From Candidatus Moraniibacteriota bacterium (lineage in GTDB: Bacteria > Patescibacteriota > Minisyncoccia > Moranbacterales > JAPLXC01), in NCBI GenBank assembly GCA_026396275.1, contig JAPLXC010000002.1, positions 10,618 through 74,617 on the forward strand: DNA of 64,000 bases, in the 5' to 3' direction. The notes under the pieces were generated by a model, which was not told the DNA's origin, searched no databases, and saw only the letters and a list, made by a program, of their open reading frames with translations. This document shows, in pieces, positions 19,182-29,711 of the stretch (its first letter is position 1; every line of letters starts with the position of its first letter). Made by a program: the position numbers and the translations under genes.

Positions 19182-19368
19182 TAGCTTATTAATAATTTTT
19201 GCTTAAATAAACTATTTTAATTTGCTTCGCTTTTTATATTACTACTTAATGCCTTAATTAAAGCAAAAAAATGGAAATTTAGCTAGAATAAAAAGTGGCT
19301 TTTTAAAGCCAAAAAACAATATATTTTTAGCTATTGTAATATTTATAACAAGCTATATACTTAAAATA

Positions 19369-22071
19369 ATGACAGATAATAAGCCAAAAAAACTCGTCCT
19401 CATCGACGGTAACGCTATTATTCACCGGGCTTATCATGCCCTGCCGCCGCTTACGACCAAAAAAGGGGAACTGGTCAACGCCGTGTACGGCTTTACTAGT
19501 GTCCTTCTTAAGGTTATCAGTGAACTCAAGCCGGATTATATTCTGGCCACTTTTGACTTGAAAGGACCGACTTTCCGCCATGAAGAATACAAAGAATACA
19601 AGGCCACTCGTCCCAAGGCCCCAGATGAACTGATCAATCAAATTGAAAGGGTAAAGGAGGTAGTCCGCGCTTTTAATATTCCTGTTTATGAAAAAAAAGG
19701 GTTCGAAGCCGATGACGTTATTGGCACACTGGCAAGACAAGCCGAGGAGAGCAAAGAGGATGGAGGAATTGAAAATATTATTGTTACCGGCGATTTGGAT
19801 ACCCTGCAATTGGTAGATCTAAAAACAAAAGTATACGCCCTGCGACGGGGAATGAGCGACACGACTGTTTACGATGATCAGGCGGTGAAAGAGCGTTATG
19901 GACTGGCGCCGAATCAGATGATTGATTACAAGGGCCTGCGCGGTGATCCTTCCGACAACATTCCCGGAGTGAAGGGCATCGGCGAAAAAACAGCCATTGA
20001 GCTTTTGCAAAAATATCATTCAATTGAAAATATTTACGCGAATCTGTCTGAAATCAGAGACACCCTTCGCGAAAAACTAGAGCGGGACAAAGCCCAGGCC
20101 ATACTTTCTAAACGGCTGGCAACTATTCATAAAGACGTTCCGGTGGAATTTAACCTGAAGATTTCTGTCACCCAAGAATTTGACCGCGGAAAAATTTTAA
20201 ACCTTTTTCAGGAACTTAATTTTTTTAGCTTGATCAAAAGGATACCCGGCACGAAACAGCCAATGGAATTTGAATCCGCGAGTGCTGAAAGCGGAGGAGT
20301 TAAGGACTTTAAATTTGAATACATAAGCCCGGACAAACTGGACGAATTCGTAAAAAAATTAAAAGAGCAAAAAGAAATTGCACTGTATCTTAGAACCACC
20401 GGGGATAAATACTATAACAGCGACTTGAAAGGAATTGCCTTTGCCTATGAAGCTGGGCGGGCGGGATACGTAGACAATATTAAAAATCAAATATCAAAAA
20501 TAAAAAATGTTATTGAAGATGAGAATATAGAAAAAATTGGATATGACTTAAAATATGTCATTGAGGTTTTAAAAAAATATGACATTAAACTTAAGGGCGA
20601 ATTATCTGACATTATGCTGGCGGCTTACGTTCTTGCTCCCGGAGGAAAAATTGAATTTAAAAATCTGGTTCTGGAGGAATTAGGGGAAGAAATAACGGCT
20701 CGCGGCAAAAAGGGCCAGTTGGGACTAGAAATAGATTCAAAGGAAGAAATAGCCGAGAAAATCTGCCAGGCTGCCGATTACATTTTCAAGCTCAAGCAAA
20801 TTTACGAGCCAAAACTGGAAAAAATAAGCACTGCCCAGAGAAACGAAAACAATCTCAAAAACATCTTCCAAAATATTGAAATGCCGCTCGTTGAAATTTT
20901 AGCCCACATGGAAATGAACGGCGTAAAGTTAAACACCATAATTTTTAAAGGCATATCCAAAAACATCGAGCAGAAAATCGAAAATCTGCAAAAAAGCATT
21001 TATAAGCTGGCCGAGGGTGAATTTAATATCAACTCTCCCCAACAGTTGTCTGAAGTATTATTTTCCAAATTAAAGCTTCCGGCCGAAGATATCAAAAAAA
21101 CCAAAACTGGTTACTCTACTGCTTCCGCGGAACTGGAAAAGCTCCGCGCCAAGCACAAAATAATCGAAAAAATTGAAGAATACCGGGAACTTTTTAAGCT
21201 GAAAACTACTTATCTCGACACTCTGCCGGACCTCGTTGATAAAAATTCCCGCCTTCATACCACTTTTAACCAAGCGGTAACGGCGACTGGCCGTCTTTCA
21301 TCATCAGATCCTAATCTGCAAAATATTCCCATCCGAACAGATTTGGGACAGATTCTTCGCACCGCGTTTGTCACTGAACATGGCTTCCGATTGATAAGCG
21401 GCGATTATTCCCAAATCGATCTTCGCGTGGTCGCTCATGTCAGCGGCGATAAAAAGCTGATTGAGACATTTGCCCGGGGAGAAGATATCCATCGCGCGAC
21501 AGCTTCCGAAATTTTTAAAACTTCTCCTTCCCAGGTAACCGAAACGATGCGCCGCAGCGCTAAAGCCCTTAATTTCGGCATTATTTATGGGATGAGCATC
21601 TTTGGATTTTCGGAGGCAGCGGGAATTGATCGAGATGAGGCCAAAAAGTTCATTGATGATTATATGGAAAAATTCCCCGGCGTGGCTGCCTACATAAGAG
21701 AGACGAAAGAATTTGCCAAGAAAAATGAATATGTGGAAACGCAGCTGGGACGCCGGCGCTATATCCCGGAAATTAACTCTCCCAATTTTCAAGTGGCACA
21801 GGCCGCCGAACGTATGGCTATTAATATGCCGATTCAGGGGCTCGCCGCCGACATTATGAAGCTGGCAATGATCAATATATACAAGGAATACCAAAACGAT
21901 CCGGGGGTAAAAATGGTTCTCCAGATTCACGATGAAATACTGCTGGAAGTCAAGGAAGAAATAGCCGAAAAGGTAGCCGAAAGATTAAAAGAGATTATGG
22001 AAAATGTTTATCAGTTGAAAGTTCCTTTAGTTGCTGAAGTGAAAATAGGAGATAATTGGGGAGAAATCTGA
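19369..22071 (+). CDS. polA: DNA polymerase I
   Basis: 5'-3' exonuclease (LIDG..HRAYHA, EADD, GDPSDNIPGV.GIG.KTA) and polymerase motifs (DYSQI.LR, K.LNFG..YG, QIHDE). Confidence 0.98.
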   Translation: MTDNKPKKLVLIDGNAIIHRAYHALPPLTTKKGELVNAVYGFTSVLLKVISELKPDYILATFDLKGPTFRHEEYKEYKATRPKAPDELINQIERVKEVVRAFNIPVYEKKGFEADDVIGTLARQAEESKEDGGIENIIVTGDLDTLQLVDLKTKVYALRRGMSDTTVYDDQAVKERYGLAPNQMIDYKGLRGDPSDNIPGVKGIGEKTAIELLQKYHSIENIYANLSEIRDTLREKLERDKAQAILSKRLATIHKDVPVEFNLKISVTQEFDRGKILNLFQELNFFSLIKRIPGTKQPMEFESASAESGGVKDFKFEYISPDKLDEFVKKLKEQKEIALYLRTTGDKYYNSDLKGIAFAYEAGRAGYVDNIKNQISKIKNVIEDENIEKIGYDLKYVIEVLKKYDIKLKGELSDIMLAAYVLAPGGKIEFKNLVLEELGEEITARGKKGQLGLEIDSKEEIAEKICQAADYIFKLKQIYEPKLEKISTAQRNENNLKNIFQNIEMPLVEILAHMEMNGVKLNTIIFKGISKNIEQKIENLQKSIYKLAEGEFNINSPQQLSEVLFSKLKLPAEDIKKTKTGYSTASAELEKLRAKHKIIEKIEEYRELFKLKTTYLDTLPDLVDKNSRLHTTFNQAVTATGRLSSSDPNLQNIPIRTDLGQILRTAFVTEHGFRLISGDYSQIDLRVVAHVSGDKKLIETFARGEDIHRATASEIFKTSPSQVTETMRRSAKALNFGIIYGMSIFGFSEAAGIDRDEAKKFIDDYMEKFPGVAAYIRETKEFAKKNEYVETQLGRRRYIPEINSPNFQVAQAAERMAINMPIQGLAADIMKLAMINIYKEYQNDPGVKMVLQIHDEILLEVKEEIAEKVAERLKEIMENVYQLKVPLVAEVKIGDNWGEI

Positions 22072-22154
22072 TGCAAATTATGATTCGAATTATATTCAAA
22101 TTAAGATACGAATTTGGATTGTAATTCGAATTTAATTCGTATATAAATTCGCAT

Positions 22155-23024
22155 ATGCCGGAGCTGCCTGAAGTCCAAACAATAATTACTGATCTTAATA
22201 AGAAAATTAAAGGCGATATGATCGTCGGCTTTTGGACTGACTGGCCGAAGGCAATTAAAAATAAATCGGTTAAGAATTTTACAAGAGAAATTAAAGGAAG
22301 AAAAATTTTAGGGGCGCGAAGAATCGGGAAAAATATCTTTATTGATCTTTCCGGCGGAAAGACAATTTACATTCACCTAAAAATGACAGGGCACCTACTG
22401 GTTAAAAATCAAAAATCAAAAATCAAAAATCAAAAATATTTTAGGGAAAAAGTAAACCTGTATATTCACCACGTTTGGAAACTCAAAGCCCAAAACGCAA
22501 AACTTAAAACTTTGGAATTCTCGGATCTTAGAAAATTCGGGAAAATTTTATTAGTTGATACCGGAAAACTTAGGGAAATTAAAGAAATCAAAGAACTGGG
22601 AGTTGATATTATAAGTCCAGGCTTTACTCAAAAATTTTTTAATGCTTTACTGGATAAAAAACAGAACAAGAAAATCCGTGATATTTTAATGGATCAGCGT
22701 TTAATTTCTGGGATTGGAAATATTTACGCTTCAGAAATTCTCTATGAGGCCGGGATGCTGCCGGTAATATTAGCAAAAAATATAAACTCTCAAGAAAGAA
22801 CAAAGCTCTATAATTCCATTAAAGAAGTGCTTGAAAAAGCTATAAAACTAAGGGGAACTTCTGATTCTGATTATCGAGACACTTCCGGGGCGCCGGGAAG
22901 TTTCCAAAAAGTTCTCCGGGTGTACCGGTGCGAAGGACAGCCCTGCCGGAAATGTGGTACAATGGTAAAACGGATAAGAATGGGGCAAAGAAGTGCCTTT
23001 TACTGTCCCCGGTGTCAACATTAA
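22155..23024 (+). CDS. mutM: Formamidopyrimidine-DNA glycosylase
   Basis: MPELPEV, HLKMTG, D.RKFG, GIGNIY..E and a C4 zinc finger. Confidence 0.97.
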   Translation: MPELPEVQTIITDLNKKIKGDMIVGFWTDWPKAIKNKSVKNFTREIKGRKILGARRIGKNIFIDLSGGKTIYIHLKMTGHLLVKNQKSKIKNQKYFREKVNLYIHHVWKLKAQNAKLKTLEFSDLRKFGKILLVDTGKLREIKEIKELGVDIISPGFTQKFFNALLDKKQNKKIRDILMDQRLISGIGNIYASEILYEAGMLPVILAKNINSQERTKLYNSIKEVLEKAIKLRGTSDSDYRDTSGAPGSFQKVLRVYRCEGQPCRKCGTMVKRIRMGQRSAFYCPRCQH

Positions 23025-23138
23025 CTGGTTACTAATTACGAATTATTTACTAATATACAAATATACGAATATTTTATCCTCTCTTTCTTTTTAGAAAGAA
23101 AATTAAGAGATTAAATTCGTATATTCGTATAAAATTCG

Positions 23139-23240
23139 CCCGCCTGCTTCAAAATTAATTATATGGCGGGATTAATGAAATTATTTGCTCCGAAAAAATA
23201 ACTAACGATGGCAACTCAACAATGAAGCATTTCGGGCAGG
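23139..23240 (-). mobile_element. 102-bp CCTGCCCG...GCAGGCGGG element inserted in a TACGAAT repeat
   Basis: On the minus strand ACGAATTA|CCTGCCCGAAATGCTTCA...TGAAGCAGGCGGG|CGAAT; removing it restores the repeat. Confidence 0.75.
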
Positions 23241-23258
23241 TAATTCGTAAAGAAAATC

Positions 23259-24368
23259 ATGAGTAAAAAGCAAAAAATAGTTATCGCTCTCATCGCCATT
23301 CTGGTCGCTGGATTAATTACTTACGCCACAGTGGGGCGGAAAATGATTCGTTCCAGCAAGGTAAAACAAATTAAAGTAGATCAGCAAGAAGCGGACGCCG
23401 GCTCTGCCAATCAGGGTCCGGTTAGCCCTATTTCCGGACTTTCCTGCGACAATTGGAATCGCCGGCCGATCGCCGTAATGCAGCCAGCTGATGTTCCCGC
23501 CCGCCCGGCTGCCGGCTTATCCGATGCGGACATGGTCATTGAAATGCCGGTTATTACAGCGACAATAACCCGCCTTATGGGAGTTTACGTCTGCAACGAC
23601 CCGGATGACGTTGGTTCAATGAGAAGCGCCCGGCACGATTTTGTCCATCTGGCTAAAGGACTGGATGCTATTTTTGTCCATTGGGGAAGATCGGATTTGG
23701 AGTGGTTTAAGGAACAACTAAACAATGGGGTTATTGATCAGATTAATTGCAACGATGACGCCGGCAAACCAGGTCTTCGGCTCGGATTCTGCTATCGAAA
23801 AGAAGCTAATGGAACGATGCGGGGAGTGGATACTGGGTACGCAAAATTTTCAAAGCTTATTGAAGGGGTAAAATATTACCAATACCGCCTGGAGAATAAA
23901 TTTTCCGGTTATCCTCACCAGGCTGAGCCCCCGATAGATCAGAGGCCAAGCGGCGGGCACTTGAGAGTGGCCTTTGCCGGTCCTTTCGCCGTTGAATATG
24001 ACTATGATAGAAGCGCAAACAGTTATTTGAGGACCTGGGGGAATGTTCTTGATACTGATCGTAATAATGGAAAAAGAATAGTTCCTAAAAATGTGGCGGT
24101 TTTATTTGCCCAATCATCCCAGATTGAAGGCCAATATAATAATGTCCAGCTGGGTGATCCTTGGATGGACACTTCCGACTCCGGAGACGCTTATTATTAT
24201 TTCAACGGAAAAGAATACCGGGGAACTTGGAAAAAAGACAAGGGAAACATTGCCAGTAAATTATTCTTCTATGACACTTCTGGCCAGGAAATAAAATTTG
24301 TTCCCGGCCAAATTTGGGTGGAAATTTTAGAGCCGGGGCAGCGACTGAAATGGGAACCAGTTCAGTAA
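23259..24368 (+). CDS. DUF3048 (YerB-like) membrane-anchored protein
   Basis: RRPIAVM, ARP.AGL..AD.V.E, ITR, GS.RSAR, PGQ.WVE. Confidence 0.85.
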   Translation: MSKKQKIVIALIAILVAGLITYATVGRKMIRSSKVKQIKVDQQEADAGSANQGPVSPISGLSCDNWNRRPIAVMQPADVPARPAAGLSDADMVIEMPVITATITRLMGVYVCNDPDDVGSMRSARHDFVHLAKGLDAIFVHWGRSDLEWFKEQLNNGVIDQINCNDDAGKPGLRLGFCYRKEANGTMRGVDTGYAKFSKLIEGVKYYQYRLENKFSGYPHQAEPPIDQRPSGGHLRVAFAGPFAVEYDYDRSANSYLRTWGNVLDTDRNNGKRIVPKNVAVLFAQSSQIEGQYNNVQLGDPWMDTSDSGDAYYYFNGKEYRGTWKKDKGNIASKLFFYDTSGQEIKFVPGQIWVEILEPGQRLKWEPVQ

Positions 24369-24433
24369 TCATATAACACGCAACATATAACATGTAACAC
24401 AATAATTGGTTTCATGTTTTGGTTTCATATTTC

Positions 24434-25399
24434 ATGATAATTTTTCTTTACGGCGAGGATGCCTTTCGTTCCCGCCAAAAACTAGATGAGTTAAAAAACA
24501 GGTTTCTTACAAAGTACGGAGCCCAGGCCAGCCTTAGCGTGGTTGATGCTGAAGAGAACAGGGAAGTTAGATTGGCCGACCTGATTAATTCCCCAGGGCT
24601 TTTTTCCTCTATTTATTTAGTTATAATAAAAAATCTTATTTCTGAACTGGGAAAAGATCAGCAGGTAGAGATACTCAATCTTCTGCGGTCAAAAAAATCC
24701 CTTCTCGGGAGCAAAGACATTGTTTTAATTTTCTGGGAAAAAGAAATTCCCAATGCCAAAAGTGTTTTATTTCAGTTTCTGAAAAAAAATGCGCAGACGC
24801 AAAAGTTCGCTAAATTAGAAGGTGCTTCTCTTGCCCGCTGGATGCTTGATCAGCTGAAAGAACTGAATCCGGCGCTGGAAATCTCCCGAAAAGTCCTGGA
24901 AAAAATCGCCGCTTATACCGGAAACGACCTTTTCCAAATCAGCAGTGAATTCAAAAAACTAGCGAGCTTCAGAGAAAAAGGAAAAATAACTGAGGAAGAC
25001 GTGGATTTTCTAGTAACCTCAAAGATTAATATTAACATATTTGATACTATAGAGGCGGCTTCAGAGGGAAATAAAAAAAAGGCCTTGAAGCTCCTTCACC
25101 AACAGCTTCAGAGCGGAGAGGATCCTTTTTATGTCTTTTCTATGTATATTTATCAGTTTAGGAATCTGCTGAAAATCGGTGAGCTGCATTGGCAAGGAGT
25201 GGCAGAAAAACACAAACTGGCTAAAATTACTAAACTCCACCCTTTTGTCGTCCAAAAAACCCTGCCCCAGCTCAAAAATTTTACTCTCCAGAAACTTAAA
25301 AATATTTATCAAAAACTTCAAAAAACAGACGAGGAATTAAAGACAGGTAGAGCTGAAGATATCCAAGTAGAACTGGACAGGTTAATAATGGAGATTTGA
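24434..25399 (+). CDS. holA: DNA polymerase III delta subunit
   Basis: MIIFLYGED.F, GLF, E..KL, IFD..EA, HPFV..K; adjacent to rpsT. Confidence 0.9.
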   Translation: MIIFLYGEDAFRSRQKLDELKNRFLTKYGAQASLSVVDAEENREVRLADLINSPGLFSSIYLVIIKNLISELGKDQQVEILNLLRSKKSLLGSKDIVLIFWEKEIPNAKSVLFQFLKKNAQTQKFAKLEGASLARWMLDQLKELNPALEISRKVLEKIAAYTGNDLFQISSEFKKLASFREKGKITEEDVDFLVTSKININIFDTIEAASEGNKKKALKLLHQQLQSGEDPFYVFSMYIYQFRNLLKIGELHWQGVAEKHKLAKITKLHPFVVQKTLPQLKNFTLQKLKNIYQKLQKTDEELKTGRAEDIQVELDRLIMEI

Positions 25400-25467
25400 C
25401 TGCCACGCGAGAACATGAAAAATAAAAATTGACCCTGGAGCCAATTTTTTTTAATACAGTTAATTAT

Positions 25468-25737
25468 TTACTTTTCCCCCATATTTTTTACCAGTTTATT
25501 AAGCCGCGTTTTCTTGCGGGCGGCTGTATTTTTTTTAATAACTTTTTTTTGTACTGCCTTATCAAGGGCTTTGACGGCAATTTTTAACCATTTCTTTGCT
25601 TCTTCACTATTTCCGCTTTCGGCAGCTTCCTTTGTTCTTTTTATGGCATTTTTTAAAATCCCTTTTATTTTTTTATTTTTTTCAGTTTTCCGGCCAGTAA
25701 CCCGCATATATTTTTTAGCTGATTTTTTAATAGGCAT
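25468..25737 (-). CDS. rpsT: 30S ribosomal protein S20
   Basis: MPIKKSAKK, LDKA..K.VI.KN.AARKK.RL. Confidence 0.95.
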   Translation of the reverse strand: MPIKKSAKKYMRVTGRKTEKNKKIKGILKNAIKRTKEAAESGNSEEAKKWLKIAVKALDKAVQKKVIKKNTAARKKTRLNKLVKNMGEK

Positions 25738-25847
25738 AACATTTCCCTCAAATTCAAGATTTAAAAGTAAAAATCGAATTTGAAAATTAAAATTTATAGC
25801 TTAATATACACTTGCAAAAAATTACAGTTTTAATTATTTAGGCTCCT

Positions 25848-26132
25848 TTAATTTTTTATTTTGATTTCTTCGACTTCTTCTGTTCCTATTTCTTTATTTA
25901 TTTTCCTGATTATGTCGCGCCGGTTCATCCAGATTTCATTGGCCCAATTTGAGTTTTTGGCTTGGAGAAAAAGTGTTTTTTTCTTAAAAAATTGGGGAGT
26001 TACATTTTCAACGCCTCGGCTACCATATTCTTTTTGAACCACTTGTCGGAAAATATAGAAAATGCTTTTGTCATCTAAATTTACTTTGGCCGAGGTTTTT
26101 TTACCTTTCAATAAAAGCTTTATTCTCTTCAT
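25848..26132 (-). CDS. DciA/DUF721 family protein
   Basis: L.L...NS.WANE......I..KIN...G...V..I pattern, directly downstream of dnaN. Confidence 0.7.
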   Translation of the reverse strand: MKRIKLLLKGKKTSAKVNLDDKSIFYIFRQVVQKEYGSRGVENVTPQFFKKKTLFLQAKNSNWANEIWMNRRDIIRKINKEIGTEEVEEIKIKN

Positions 26133-26136
26133 AGCG

Positions 26137-27285
26137 CTAGCTTTTTATTGGCATAACTACATAGGCGTATTCTTTCACGGCTTTTTTTGTTTCATCACCC
26201 ATCATTTGAAGAAGAGCAGGTGAAGAATTATTATTAACGGAAAGCGCCAAAGAATAGGTGTTAATGGAATTAATTCCGTCCAGGATGTAACGGGGATTAA
26301 ATACAATTTCTTGATCCGGGCCGGATACTTCCGCGCGCAACTGACTTTTATTTTCTCCCGCTTCTTCTGATTGCGCCTGAATAACGACTTTTTTGTTTTT
26401 GGAATCAATTTTAAAATTTACCTCTCCGGATTTGCCGTGAGTGAAAATACTGGCTACTTTTACCGCCCGGGATAATTCTTCTTTACCAAGATACGCCCGA
26501 GTAGCGAATTCTTTTGGAATTATGTGTTTGTATTCCGGATATTTCCCGTTAATAAGACGGGACACAACCTTAATGGAATCAACCTGGAAGAAAATCTGGT
26601 TCTCTCCGATAGCAATTTTTACTTCCTGGGTTTCGTTGCCAATGATCCGCAATACTTCCGCAAAGGCCTGAGCCGGAATAATGAGTGAATTCACCTTGGA
26701 CATAAATACCGGATATTTTCCGTCTTTTTCCTGCTTTACGGGAAGAATAGCTTCGGCCAGGCGAAAACTGTCAGTGCCGGCTAAATGAATCTCCTTCTCA
26801 AAAAATAGCACGTTCACTCCGGTAAGTTCCGGCCTGGCATTGTCGATTGAAACGCACACAAGCAGTTTTGAAATTATATCCCTTAATTTCTGGGCAGGGA
26901 GAGAAAATAGAAAATCTCCTTCTAATTCAGGAATAATGGGAAATTCTTGGGCGCCCAGTCCTTTAATTTGAGCGTCATACTCTCCGCTAGATATTTTTAA
27001 AATAGAATTTTTAACTTCCAAGGAAATAGTGTCACTAATCGGCAAATTACTGACAAACCCACTAATAAGTTTAGCTGGGACTGTTATTTTTCCTTCTTTT
27101 TCTATTTTTGCTCCTATTTTTAATGATACTCCAATTTCTAAATTAGTAGCTGAAGCTTTCAACATGCCTTTTTCCGTCTCCAATAAAATATTTTCCAGAA
27201 TTGGAAGGGTTATTTGCCTTCCCACTACTCGCTCTGTGTTGTATATCGCTTTTTTAAAATTTTCCTGAGTGCAAATTAATTTCAT
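26137..27285 (-). CDS. dnaN: DNA polymerase III beta clamp
   Basis: LPIL.N.LL, ATNLE, RP.LTGV, TDSFRL, G.YP.Y..IIP, FN.RY, VMP. Confidence 0.98.
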   Translation of the reverse strand: MKLICTQENFKKAIYNTERVVGRQITLPILENILLETEKGMLKASATNLEIGVSLKIGAKIEKEGKITVPAKLISGFVSNLPISDTISLEVKNSILKISSGEYDAQIKGLGAQEFPIIPELEGDFLFSLPAQKLRDIISKLLVCVSIDNARPELTGVNVLFFEKEIHLAGTDSFRLAEAILPVKQEKDGKYPVFMSKVNSLIIPAQAFAEVLRIIGNETQEVKIAIGENQIFFQVDSIKVVSRLINGKYPEYKHIIPKEFATRAYLGKEELSRAVKVASIFTHGKSGEVNFKIDSKNKKVVIQAQSEEAGENKSQLRAEVSGPDQEIVFNPRYILDGINSINTYSLALSVNNNSSPALLQMMGDETKKAVKEYAYVVMPIKS

Positions 27286-27580
27286 ATGTTTATAAAATTA
27301 TTATATTATATAAATTAGATTATATTTATTACTATAAAAAGAATAAAATTAGATGTTTATTATTTTTTGCTTTAGTAAAAACAATTTTTTAATATTTAAA
27401 TTGTGGATAAATAGGTTATTAATAGAATTATTTTTTGTGGGAAAAAGTTTATAAATTAGGAGAAAATAATTTCTTAATTTAAATAAACAATTTACGACAT
27501 TCCTTCTTCACAGGTTAATTGAATAGATATTCAAGGGAAATACAAAGGAATATCCGTATTAGTACACATAATATCCACAG
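27286..27580. other. oriC: Replication origin oriC (dnaA-dnaN intergenic)
   Basis: Very AT-rich stretch near dnaN. DnaA boxes: perfect TGTGGATAA at 27402-27410, TGTGGGAAA at about 27436, ATATCCACA at 27571-27579. Confidence 0.85.
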
Positions 27581-28957
27581 CTAGATATTATAAATCCTTT
27601 CTTTTATAATTTCTATTTCCTCTTTGAGCTTTTCATTCTCCTCTACCTCTCTGGATATTTTATCAAACGCGTGAAGGGCAGTGGTATGGTTGCGGCCACC
27701 AAACCGCTCTCCGATGCTAGGATAAGAAGTATTAAGCTCGCTTCGCATCAGATACATAGCAACTTGGCGGGCGCGGGCAATTTCCTTTTTTCTTCCTTTG
27801 ATAATGAGCTTTTTGTCGTCAATGCCATAAAATTCTGAAACGGCGTCAATAATATGTTTGTGTTGTACACCCTTCTTTTTGCCGCTGGTGATTATTTCTG
27901 AAAGGGACTGCCGAACAAATTTCAAAGAAGGGGGTTTTTTATTGAACTCACTGATAGCAATAATTCTGTTTAGTGCTCCCTCAAGCTCCCGGATATTGCT
28001 TTTAATGTTCTCGGCGACAAACCTGATTGTCTCGTCATCCAGGTAAATGTCACGCTCGGCTGATTTTGCCTTTAAAATAGCCATTCTTGTCTCTAAATCT
28101 GGCTTTCCGATATCGGCTATCATACCTCCTTCAAAGCGGGACCGCAAACGCTCTTCAATGGTGGGTATGGCCTTGGGGGGTCGGTCGCTGCTGATCACAA
28201 TCTGTTTGTTAATCTGGTATAAAACGTTAAAAATATGGAAAAATTCATTTTGGGTTTTTTCTTTCCCAGAAAGAAACTGAATGTCATCGATAATTAGCAA
28301 GTCAATTTTCTGGTAATCGGCTTTAAACTGGGCAATACTTTGGTTTTTTATTGATTCAATAAGTTCATTGGCAAATCTTTCAGAAGTTATGTATTTTATT
28401 TTTTTGTGGTCGTCTTTTTTTATAATCTCATTTCCAATTGATTGAAGAAGATGGGTTTTTCCCAGGCCCACCCCGCCGTAAATAAAAAGAGGATTGTAAG
28501 CCCTTCCTAGGTTTTGGGAAACTGCGTAACAAGCAGCACGCGCCAGCTCGTTACTTTCTCCAATAATGAAATTTTCAAATAAATATCTAGGATTTAAGCT
28601 GCTATCTTGGTGGATATCATAAGAATCTGACAAAGAGGCGGACATTCTTTTGCTCTGCTTTGGTATCTGGACGGCATCTACATTTTTTACAGGACTCTGA
28701 GAAGTTCCCTGGAAATTATAAACAGCGCAACTGACTTCTTTTATATCTTGCTGCAAATTGCGAAGAGAGCGGAGAACGTAAGCGTAATACTTATTTTCCA
28801 GCCATTCTTTAGCAAACCCATTAGGAACGCCAATGATCACCCGGCCGCCTTCATTAGAAAGAATAGTGGTATTTTTAAACCAAGTGACAAAATTTGCTTT
28901 AGAAATAGAAAGCTCTATTTCACCTAAGGCAGCTTGCCATAACTCTTCATTAGTCAT
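27581..28957 (-). CDS. dnaA: Chromosomal replication initiator DnaA
   Basis: Start MTNEELW; NPLFIYGGVGLGKTHL, IDDIQF, RL.SRF..G, NIRELEGAL, RNHTT. Confidence 0.98.
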   Translation of the reverse strand: MTNEELWQAALGEIELSISKANFVTWFKNTTILSNEGGRVIIGVPNGFAKEWLENKYYAYVLRSLRNLQQDIKEVSCAVYNFQGTSQSPVKNVDAVQIPKQSKRMSASLSDSYDIHQDSSLNPRYLFENFIIGESNELARAACYAVSQNLGRAYNPLFIYGGVGLGKTHLLQSIGNEIIKKDDHKKIKYITSERFANELIESIKNQSIAQFKADYQKIDLLIIDDIQFLSGKEKTQNEFFHIFNVLYQINKQIVISSDRPPKAIPTIEERLRSRFEGGMIADIGKPDLETRMAILKAKSAERDIYLDDETIRFVAENIKSNIRELEGALNRIIAISEFNKKPPSLKFVRQSLSEIITSGKKKGVQHKHIIDAVSEFYGIDDKKLIIKGRKKEIARARQVAMYLMRSELNTSYPSIGERFGGRNHTTALHAFDKISREVEENEKLKEEIEIIKERIYNI

Positions 28958-28980
28958 ATGTTTTAGAAAACACGATTGTA

Positions 28981-29062
28981 TTATGCACAAGAAAGTATAT
29001 CACGGTCAAGTTGTTCACACCAGTCAAATTAGTTCATAAACTTGTTTATAATATGTGAATAA
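28981..29062. promoter_or_regulatory. DnaA-box cluster upstream of dnaA
   Basis: TTATGCACA (28981), TTGTTCACA (29010), TGTGAATAA (29054). Confidence 0.7.
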
Positions 29063-29173
29063 GATATCAGATTCCGGGTTCTCGTAATCACTTAATGATG
29101 TATTGACTTTTCCGGGTCTGCTGATAAACTTTCCTATAGCTGTCGTTTATAATTTTTCAAGGGTAAAATCTCG

Positions 29174-29308
29174 ATGAAGCGAACATATCAGCCCAAAAAA
29201 AGGCGAAGAAAAAAAAGACACGGGTTTTTGAAAAGGATGAAATCTAAACAGGGAAAAAAAGTTCTAAAAAACAGAAGAAGAAAAAAAAGAAAGAAGTTGA
29301 CTCCTTAG
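29174..29308 (+). CDS. rpmH: 50S ribosomal protein L34 (absent from the ORF track)
   Basis: [44 protein letters not shown]. Confidence 0.97.
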   Translation: MKRTYQPKKRRRKKRHGFLKRMKSKQGKKVLKNRRRKKRKKLTP

Positions 29309-29357
29309 CGCAACTAAAATTTGGAAATGTGAATTAAATTATAGTCCCCAAAAAAGA

Positions 29358-29705
29358 ATGCTCCCGGCCAAAAACAGATTGACCAGAAAAGATGATTTTC
29401 AAAGGGTGTACCAAAAAGGAACCTTTTTTTCTTTTGGAGACATTACTCTGAAAGCGACTGAAAACAGCCAGAAAGAGACAAGAGTAGGTTTTTTAATAGA
29501 AAAAAAAACAACGAAAAAAGCGGCTAAAAGAAATAAAATAAAAAGATTACTGCGAGAAGCCTTTTCCCGACAATTAAAAAGAATAAAACCCGGATTTGAT
29601 GTTGTAGTGTTTTATAAAGGAAAAGAAAGGATCGGCAAATTTCAACAAGTCGATTTGGCAGTAAAAAAATTATTGGAAAAAAGTGGCTTAATAAAGGCAA
29701 AATAA
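29358..29705 (+). CDS. rnpA: Ribonuclease P protein component
   Basis: ML...NRL....DF..VY..G, RVGF...KK...A..RNK.KR..RE. Confidence 0.95.
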   Translation: MLPAKNRLTRKDDFQRVYQKGTFFSFGDITLKATENSQKETRVGFLIEKKTTKKAAKRNKIKRLLREAFSRQLKRIKPGFDVVVFYKGKERIGKFQQVDLAVKKLLEKSGLIKAK

Positions 29706-29711
29706 AAAACA

